In this document: positions 1-36,176 of the stretch, piece after piece
How positions within the stretch are numbered: the first letter of the stretch is position 1
Layout of the letters: each line of letters starts with the position of its first letter
Origin: Catajapyx aquilonaris
Taxonomy: Eukaryota
DNA length: 36,176 nucleotides
NCBI GenBank assembly: GCA_000934665.2
Contig: JYFJ02003939.1
Coordinates: forward strand, 1 to 36,176
Direction of reading: 5' to 3'
The notes under the pieces: model-generated
What the model saw: only the letters and a program-made list of their open reading frames with translations
The model's database searches: none
Told to the model about the DNA's origin: nothing
Program-made: the position numbers and the translations under genes

Positions 1-92
1 GTTTCCGGACACGGTTTCCTATGTCAAAAATGTTTGTCTTGGTCCCCTCTATCACCCCTAGAAGTTTGTCGGTTGAATTCATTTACACCCTG
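1..92. mobile_element. 3' end of a Tc1/mariner-type MITE (…CACCCTG|TA)
   Basis: Ends in CACCCTG (86-92) followed by TA, the reverse complement of the common TA|CAGGGTG TIR start; the other end is outside the window. Confidence 0.55.
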
Positions 93-483
93 TATAACAG
101 GAAGTGCAGGTTTATTTTGAATCAGCGATCATTTTAGGCATTGTTCAAAGAATCATTGTATATAGTCAATACATTGAAAATTATTACATAATAATAAATA
201 AAAATAAAAATATGATGGGGTCCATGGCACAGTTGCCGTAATACTCGTAGGCACGGCATGGTTCCAGGATTAAAATTACAATTACAATGAACTGTTTGCC
301 ATTTTTTTAAAGTATATAACAGGAAGTGCATGTTTATTTTAATTAGTGATCATTTTAGGCATTGTTCAAAGAATGATTGCATATAGTCAATACATTGAAA
401 AGTAGCCTATTATATAAAAATTAATAAAAAATAAAATATGGCATGGGATCCTAAAAGACCCCGCGGCACGGTTCTAGGGTTAA
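93..483. mobile_element. Right part of a piggyBac-like non-autonomous element with an internal ~222-bp tandem duplication
   Basis: Units start at 93 and 315 (tataacaggaagtgca...cattgaaaa); ends in AGGG|TTAA at 476-483; 444-479 is the reverse complement (31/36 identical) of 35888-35923. Confidence 0.65.
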
Positions 484-3272
484 CATGCAATTATTCTTAA
501 TATACGCATCTCTACAAGATGCACATTTTGCTACTGCTGAAACATGGAAAACAGTTGTAGGCTTTGGATATCCTGTAGTCATATCTATTTTAAGTGCCTG
601 ATTTGGTAGGCAAATAATTTTTACATCTGCCACATTAATATTCAGGACTGTCCAAGGGAGCAGAAACCATCAACTGGGTTAATTATTTACTTGCATTACA
701 GTGGACATTGCTGTCACACATTCAAACTAGGCTGCCCTGCAATGGGCCACCCCCACAATCAGAGCCCAAACCCACCCGGGCCCACCTCCGCCCCCAATAA
801 TCCCCGGCAACAACGAGCAAGTAGCAGGGGGTCGGTTTATTTGGACAAGTACAGCATGAGCCAAGTCAACCGTGCCACCGAAACGGCTTCTCCCCGAACG
901 TTGCCCAGTTGACGCCTCCTCCTCCTCGCACACACAATGGATGATCCAATGGTGGGAAAAATCCTCGCGGAAAAAAAAATTCATCATCAGAGCGCCTCCC
1001 GGTGCACAGCACTAACCAGGGGGTACACTCGTGCTCAAAAGTGTCAGCCATAATGGGAGGGACAGGCGGGAGGGAGGGGAGGGGAGGCGGCCGACTCCCT
1101 CCCATGGCTGCCCACGGGCCGCACCCTCCCCCCCCCTCCCACACCACCCGGACCCCCCAACCGATGCTCACCGTCGTGTGTGACCCAGGCTGGTTTGAGG
1201 AGCTTCATCCGTAGCTGGCCCCCTCTCTCCTGGTGTCCTTCTGGCCCCCCCTGGCTACGGTCCGAGAGGGAGAGGTTGGCTCTGCCTCTCTCGGCCTGGC
1301 TCCCCGCTCTTTCACTCGATGTGTACACACGCGGCCATTCACGCACACTCAAAATATGGCGCGGCGGTGTTGCCGGCTCTGGAGTCCTATAGTGGGGGGG
1401 AGGGGGGGTCAGGCTGTCTCCCGCCCGCCCGCGCGAGGCGGTGCGAAAATATTGCGATACGCCATTCGCTCTGAGGGGGAACGGATCAATCCATTCGTGA
1501 TAAACCGGTTGGAGCTTAAGTTTCAGCGAGTATGTAATGCAAATGAGAGACGTATGCATGCAGATAGCAGAGGGAGGAAAGGGGGGAGGAGGCGCGTTGT
1601 TTTATTGGAGCATCACACCCTGTAGTTGTCTAGGAGGCCACACCCTGCTATCAGTGATGAGTCCAAACACTTTGCGTTGTGTCCAAGAGATGTCAGCAGC
1701 TCACCCGGGTTGTCATCCCCATATCAACCCCCACCTCCTCCACCTCCCTCCCCTTCAACAAAAACCATTACATAACACAGGCGTCATGCTCCCCCCCATC
1801 CCCAAGGAAACCACAGAAATCCAAACTTTGCTCCTGTAACCTTTGACATTTCAAGCCAGTCCGAATGGGGAAATGGTAATGCTGCGCATTATTGGGGACG
1901 TTTCACTGCAAGGTGACAGGTTCATACAACCAGCTGTGGCTGTCATACTATGACTCGACTAATGTATTGTACAGTTCTGTAATAAAAGCCAGATAATCAT
2001 TATGTAACTGACACCTAAAATTTTGCAACTTGGATCAGTGACACTGGAATTATCAATTCATGAAAAAACTCATGGCAAAGCATTACACCAAATTGCACTC
2101 AGCTATTGGATCCATTTCCAGCCTAAAATCTTTAAATGCATGTAGTGCAACCGGCCCCAAATTTGCCCAGTCACCTCCCCGGGGGTCAAATCCCTTCCAC
2201 CCAGCATCCCCCAGGTGGAACCCAAACTGATGAAAAACAACTAGGAATGGCTTGGCTTGTTTTTTCCTTTCCGTATTTTTTTTATTCATGTCTCTCACAG
2301 GCTTCAGTGGTTTGGTGCACAAGTGTATTTTTCAAATCCCACCGGCAGCTTTCCCAGCCATCATGTCTACTACAGTACATAATTATCTCCTAAAGAAGAT
2401 AAATCAAAAAGCCAAATAAAATGTGGGAGAAACAGGGGGGTAAAAGGAGTCGTCATACAAATCAAGGGCTCGCAGCCTAATTAAGACACATCACATTCGC
2501 AGTCCACTCTACATGATTTTCTTGGAAGCTGCGAAGTGCGTCAAGTTGTGGGAAAGGGATGGGGATGGGGGGGCAAATATGAGCGAGTTACATGGTCCAC
2601 TCTTTTCAATCCTTATCCATTATTCTTTTCATTTTTAATTACCCCTCCCCACTTTTCATCTCGGGGAAAAACCATGAAGCAAAACATGACTTTTCATCTA
2701 ACTAGGTGTATTATCATTACTGGGTATTTTTTTTTGTAACTTTTGGTTATTCAGTTTTACACAACAAACTCACAACAGAAAAAAGATCAGAGTGGTGTCC
2801 CTTTGGAGGGGGAGGGTCACGGATGGTGTTGGGGGGGCTGGAATTGGGAAAATGTACTAAAGTACACTTAAAAGTTTTCATCCTTATCTTCATGAACCTG
2901 AAACCAGTCTGCACCATCCTCCCATTTTTTTCCCTATATATCATAATTGGTCTCCCACAAAAACTTTCCCACTCGGTAAACAGTACATGGTGGGACGTCA
3001 AGTACATTGGAGTTGAGGGTTGGGGAGGGTACGAGGCGGCGGCGCCAACTCATAATAAACAAAACATTGAATACATCAAAAATGTTTGTCATACAGGTTG
3101 AGGGTGTAGCCTCAGAGGGGTCGAGAAAAAAGGTTGCTTGGAAGGGAAAGTGGGATGGGGATGAGGATCTTCACAAGACACGACCCGCGCCTACACCCGC
3201 ACCCAATGCGATAACAACTGCTTGGAGGGAAGAGGTTTTTCCAGATGCATCGCACAGAGTCTCACACTGGTC

Positions 3273-10009
<6,737 letters not shown>

Positions 10010-10340
10010 TGGTGTGTGTATCTGGTGTCTGGTGTGGTCTGGATGGCCGCTGGGAGGTCGCGAAGGAGCGGATGCCGACGGATTGCGGGCCTCAGGCGCG
10101 CAACATCACCACTAGCGGGGTACAGTCAGGGCAGGGCAGGGAGTAGAGGGAGGGAGCGGGCGGGAGCAGCGGAACCGCAGCAAACTCTCCAAGATGGCAG
10201 GCCGTCGTCTCCCTTTCTGATTGCGTCACCTACTCCTTCCTGCCAACGCCGACAGAGGGGGGGTCCGCTCTGCCAATAGTCGACAGGGAGAGGCATGCTC
10301 CTGGCATCTACCGGAATCAACTCGCACTTCTCTCCCGTTT
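10010..10340 (-). promoter_or_regulatory. CpG/GC-rich PP1 5' UTR and core-promoter region
   Basis: GC- and CpG-rich; YY1/Pho-like CAAGATGGC at 10190-10198; half-CRE TTGCGTCA at 10221-10228; TSS not located. Confidence 0.45.
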
Positions 10341-10721
10341 TCTATTCACGTCATGTATTATGTACCGCTATATCCGTGATGAAAGATACATGATGTGGAT
10401 GCATCTGGGATGCACCGACCGACGGCCTTATCTTAATACGGCACACTTCGGATCACCAACCTGCATATAACTGAATGCCATTAGGTGCTCGGAAAGACGC
10501 CGATTTGCTTTGATTGCCCGACCTTCCTTATTGCGTCAAATGCGGTCAAATGCATGACATTTGACATATGACAACGCGGATTCAGACATTTCAGAGTGAT
10601 GAGGGCCATATTTATCTGCCTTTACCGTTAGTTCTTCTAAATACTGCATGCATTAAACCAATGGTTATATTAATAGTAGGTGTAATAGAGGATAAAAGCA
10701 GAGTGCATTTTCCATCAAGTA

Positions 10722-11275
10722 CAGGATGCCCAAAATAAACCTTCCTAATTTCAACTTGCTACTATTACGGAAGTTACTGGACCATGGTGTCGAAATTGTC
10801 CAAATGAGAAGGGACACTCATCAAGTTTATGTACCCTTCTACCTTTCCTCCTTTAGTAGCAACTAGCAAGCACAATTTTAATCCGATAATCTCCCTCTCC
10901 CGAGGTTCTCTCCAGCATGTCAGGGGTGATGTAGGACACGTCATTATTTGGGCTGATCACTTTAGTTTCATAGACTGTCTTGGAGTTATAGAAAAGCGAA
11001 ATGTCCAGCATGTCCAGCACTTCTGTGATCGACTACAGTTCGGCTAACCACCCCCACAACTTGCGTTTTTTCCTATGAAGATGCTATGTTTGCATTTTCT
11101 GACAGCATCCCCCACAGGAGCACCACCGAATCACATAGGCCTTTCCAAAATTTCAGGACGAAACTTGTTGAGTTTCCAGACCATTTAAACAATAACCAAA
11201 ACCTTAAATACCTCTGCATGTCTATTTTTTTTATCGCTCTTTGAAACTATAGGGAGGTTCATTATGGACACCGTG
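10722..11275. mobile_element. Degenerate Tc1/mariner-type MITE or internally deleted element
   Basis: TA|CAGGATGCCCAAAATAAACCTTCCTA at the left end versus reverse complement TA|CACGGTGTCCATAATGAACCTCCCTA at the right end; TA TSD. Confidence 0.65.
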
Positions 11276-11835
11276 TATAATGGGAAGTCCGTACCGGTAG
11301 CCTATATACACAAGTGCATATCTGCAGAGTTGTCTCGAAAAAAAAATGTCTGGGTAAGTCCGTGCACAGGATTGGGAAATATATAATCCTGGAAGTCTAT
11401 AATGTCCATGTCTCAAGACATGGACAAATTGGCGGGATTAATAACCCAATATTTACCTAATTAGAAGCATGACAATCTGGAAAAAAGAAAGCAAGAAGAG
11501 ATGGTTGAGCTTGCACTGATATTCGACAACGCTGTAATAGCTGATCCATCAATATATGGTTGTCAATAAACAAATTGCGCTGATCATATAATGTTACAAT
11601 GCAGTTCCGACGTGTGCAACAGTTCTATTGCCTTCAGTTGACCTTCGGCACGGGATTTCAGGGTCGGTACTATTAAGTTATTGCAGGATCAAATACACCT
11701 GCATTCGCACTAGTAACTGCTGCTAAAAATATCAAATTCGTATTTCTTTCAACGACAGGGCCATTATTATACATTACTGTATTGTACATAGCCACAGTGC
11801 TTCCCTTATACCAGACGTATTATGCGTTGGACTGG

Positions 11836-11836
<1 letters not shown>

Positions 11837-11917
<81 letters not shown>

Positions 11918-11965
11918 GCTTCTTCTTCTTCTTCTTCTTCTTCTTCTTCTTCTTCTTCTTCTTCT
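11837..11965. repeat. Compound microsatellite (ATT)~26 + (TTC)~15
   Basis: Directly visible trinucleotide runs joined by AGC. Confidence 0.97.
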
Positions 11966-12939
11966 ATGGCAGTATAAAGCATCTGATGCTGTGTGTATAC
12001 GTATTAATTTCTCTTGGATGGTTTCAGAGTCCCACATAACGTTATATTCACCACATTTTTCACATTTTAGGTCACAGTGTACCCTACTGTACCTGAACGG
12101 GTACTACCAAGGTACTACGTGATAAGTGCATGTGATGAAAAAATTAGGCCGTATATAATTCATTTATTAATTTTTTAGATACCCGGTGCAACGGGTTCAT
12201 TATGGGCCCATTGACTTATATGTTCAACTTGTGTAACAAGCCAATACTTTTCCAGCAATGAACATCAAAAATTTATCAATCAAAAAAATACTACGAAGTT
12301 GTCCCTTTTCTTGTAGTGAATTTTTATAACAATTTATTCCTAATACTGGTACTGGAAGTGCTGTTAACGACATACGACAACGGATGCTTAGAATCGTCTG
12401 TATGACCAAGGTATGACATATAGCAGCTCTTGCATATAGCAATTCGAGGACGGAGTTGTGCGTTTTATTATGTGGCAAAATATTGATCTTTCATTTGTCA
12501 AGTGTTATGAAGTGATTAAGATAACATTGTTAACTAGGAGACTGATGAGACAGAATCTTCCATATCAGTAGTGTATAACCAAGACAGGCACCTGTTATCA
12601 GGCATATCTATACTTGTGAATGACCTGTTTCTCACACCTGTATTTTGAAACGGGAAAGAACTAAAGGTCAAGCGTATTTTATTTTTTTTAATGACACGGA
12701 TAACTGAAAAGAGGTGCTCTAGATTCGACCTGAATGGGCATTGACTTCACAGAATGTAATAAAAAGTCCATTCAGAATTGTACAGGGTGTTTCTGACCCT
12801 CTTCCATCTTTCCGAAATAAACGAATTTTTATCCTGGTGAGTACATTTTCCTGGTGGCGTCCCATTCATAGAGAGCGCCTGGCTTCCTTGACCCGTAATG
12901 AATAGCCTGCGCAATGGATGCAAATCCCGGTTTTCATAC

Positions 12940-13200
12940 AATCAGGTGGAGGAGTGGGGACGGGGGTTGGGGGGGATGGCAGGAGTGGGTGGAAGTGGGG
13001 GTGGGGGGGGCTGAGAAGCAAGATGGCGCGAGTGCGAGACGGCTGAACGGGTTCCAGGTGCGGGTGTTGTGTGTGACTGTCCGGATCACAGGGGCGGACC
13101 CTAGACCCGGTCAGACCCAAGGCCGCCCCTTCCTGACGCATCGTGCGTCTAGTGTGCGAGGTGGCACTTGTGTCCCATGCTCTGCAACCTGCACCGGGCC
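12940..13200 (+). promoter_or_regulatory. CpG/GC-rich NF1 5' UTR and core-promoter region
   Basis: GC-rich; YY1/Pho-like CAAGATGGCG at 13019-13028; GC boxes; CTTCCTGACGCA (ETS-like plus half-CRE) at about 13129-13140; TSS not located. Confidence 0.45.
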
Positions 13201-34015
<20,815 letters not shown>

Positions 34016-34412
34016 GAGGCAACTGGAGGAGAGACCTCCTTCGAAACACAAAACCTTCGTCAGGATAGGTGGACTTCGCTAAGCGTCTGGAAACGCTGCT
34101 CCAAACAGCCAAGATGTTGCCTGTGTCCCCCCTGCCCTTTCATGTAACTCTTCTCCAAGGTGTCTCCCTCGACTCTTCACTTTTTGCAGTGACTGTTTAC
34201 AGACCCGTCCCTGATATTCCCATCCCAAAGTTTTAGGGCCAGTCTAAGGTGCTTCATATCAGAGGTGTAACATAATCACTATTTTTCTCTCCATCCCAAT
34301 CCTTGTCCTTCCCCTCAAACCCTGTTTAAAAAAGAGATCTCTGAAAGATGCAATTATATATATACAGACTTTAATTTTTCTGATTGTGAAGATGTAAAAA
34401 TGTTGGTGTGCA

Positions 34413-34418
34413 AATAAA
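34413..34418 (+). terminator. Candidate NF1 polyadenylation signal AATAAA
   Basis: AATAAA about 400 nt after the putative stop, with a GT-rich element (gttccgtgtgtgtttgg) about 30 nt downstream. Confidence 0.45.
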
Positions 34419-35106
34419 ATGCCACACCACCCATTAATTTATTCCAGTTCCGTGTGTGTTTGGCTATTTTCTTTCTAAAGTGCACCCAGTGATACACTAA
34501 TGCCTATGTTATGGATGGGTTTATCCAAAAAGGAGGTGATGTTTCTAATGGGATGATTGAGCAATCTTCAAATAATGGGCATGAAGTGGTTCCAAGCAAA
34601 GAATTGAGACCCTGGACCGCCCCTGTGGTCACTCTGACCCTGAGATTGACTTCAGATTGTGACCCTCTGCCATGCAAATAGTGATGATAGTTTCCCAGAT
34701 ATACCATAGATTCGGTAATTGCAAGTCTTATTTCGTTGATTCAGTTAATCCTGTCACTTCATGGCAACCCACACAACATGTGTGTAGGAGATACCCGACT
34801 TCCAGGATAATGAAGCCTGCTTGTAAGAAAGAACAACATCAAAAAAGCATTCCATGACAGAGGGTGACTGGAGTAGAGGGAGGCAAGAGAGATGGGGGAT
34901 GTAGTGAAAAAGTTGTAAGAATATCGCATTATCGTGTATCTAAAACTGCGTTGGCATTCTGCTCACATCCACCCAGCAGATATACATTTTAAAATGTTTT
35001 ACTATGATAAACGCACTCGCTTTTTTTCTAGTTTAATCGCTTCGGACTTATAGCCCATCCCCCAATCATATGTGTATCAACGGTTCAAGAAGAATTGTCC
35101 CTCGCG

Positions 35107-35186
35107 TCGAGCGGGCAGCCACGCGTCAGGATGAAAGGAACCAGTTAACTGGTTGCTTTCATCCTGACGCGTGGCTGCCCGCTCGA
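35107..35186. repeat. 80-nt near-perfect palindrome (39/40 pairs, no spacer)
   Basis: tcgagcgggcagccacgcgtcaggatgaaag-g-aaccagtt|aactggtt-g-ctttcatcctgacgcgtggctgcccgctcga. Confidence 0.97.
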
Positions 35187-35883
35187 TGATACCCCCCACC
35201 CTTTCCTCCATGTACTCACATATCCGTGATTCCATATATACCCTGCGACCCATCTGCAATCCCACCTTTGTTTTGCATTGGCTGAGAAATATGCATTTGC
35301 CCATCTCAATTAATACCAATACCTTCAAAATTAAAAAAAAAAAAAAACTTATTGTATGAACGGAAATTCACAACCTCTACCACTTCTACTCGCATGCACT
35401 CACACACATGTATTTAAAAATTATATGCACACTTTCTGACCTCATTTTTCTAACTGCTCATAACTCCCCTTTATTATGGAACTCTGCAGTGTTTGTATTA
35501 GATGATGAAAATACTGGTTTCATTATTCCCGCCACTTTCTTTTGACGTTCTCGTTGACGTTCAGTGTTGAATATCGCACCCAATCCTGCTTACCAACTCT
35601 CCCCGTGGGGGTGACAGGAAGGACCTTGTTTAAAAAACTGACATTATTAATTTATTTTTACTTTGTTCATGAACTTCCATGCAGTTGGCACCATCACTGA
35701 TAAACAACATCTGGACCTAGCCTAAATAATAATTCTTTGTTTGCAGATTTGTGCTACAGTACATCTTTATTGACAGATGAAGTGCGACCTTAAAACTATA
35801 GAGGCCTATATATAATATTTTTTAAATTTAAGATTTGATCCAGCAGAGACATGAATGTAGGCTATAGAGGAAACGACCAATTT

Positions 35884-36070
35884 TTAACCCTGGAACCGAG
35901 CCGTGGGGTCTTTTTGGACCCCAAGGAAAAAAATGCACTAAAATGGTCATTACAATGAACTTTTGCCATTTTTTTACAGTATGAAGTGCAGGTTTATTTT
36001 GAATTAGCGATCATTTTAGGCATTGTTGAAAGAATTATTGTATATAGTCAATACATTGAAAAGTATTATA
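35884..36070. mobile_element. Left part of a piggyBac-like non-autonomous element (same family as 93-483)
   Basis: TTAA|CCCTGGAACCGAGCCG...; 35983-36062 is nearly identical to 101-180. Confidence 0.65.
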
Positions 36071-36176
36071 CAGGGTGTATCTGAACTCAGTGTCCCGACG
36101 TATATGACTGCCTTCCTAGCCACCAGATGATAGATTTAAGTATAGGAGTCATATGTCTGGGCAGCCTCATTACGGA
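36071..36176. mobile_element. 5' end of a Tc1/mariner-type MITE (TA|CAGGGTG…) nested in the piggyBac-like element
   Basis: TA|CAGGGTGTATCTGAAC begins exactly where similarity to the host repeat stops. Confidence 0.5.

Noticed and set aside
691..3101. Many overlapping 60-170-aa ORFs on both strands
   Set aside because: Low-complexity GC-rich 3' UTR or flank of PP1; no recognisable domains or coherent splice structure
11782..12039. 85-aa ORF with poly-Ile and poly-Phe
   Set aside because: Simply the translation of the (ATT)n(TTC)n microsatellite
12781..12800. TACAGGGTG mariner-type TIR start upstream of NF1
   Set aside because: No matching inverted partner found, so an element cannot be delimited

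Overview
Eukaryotic genomic DNA from an arthropod, probably a hemimetabolous insect (inferred). It carries two intron-rich genes arranged head-to-head about 3.2 kb apart. On the minus strand is a complete protein phosphatase 1 catalytic subunit gene (PP1 alpha/87B-like, ATG 10009, stop 3273, 328 aa). On the plus strand is neurofibromin (NF1, ATG 13201, about 45 exons, roughly 2,780 aa to about 34015); its exon 1 is cut by an assembly gap (N at 13227). I derived exon boundaries by hand from splice signals, phase continuity and homology. The most interesting layer is alternative splicing. (i) PP1 has two tandem, anciently duplicated 114-nt copies of the exon carrying R221 and H248. They differ at only 2 amino acids but at 24 synonymous codons, and an upstream intronic site could pair competitively with a 'selector' before each copy (Dscam-like geometry). 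(ii) NF1 has two related phase-0 C-terminal exons, each with an RSxSxP 14-3-3-type motif, plus several candidate microexons, a GC-AG intron and a shifted acceptor. Also present are a ~620-nt foldback in a PP1 intron, an 80-nt near-perfect palindrome 3' of NF1, several TA-flanked MITEs, a truncated LINE with a target-site duplication (TSD), a compound microsatellite, and opposite ends of one piggyBac-like repeat family at the two window edges.
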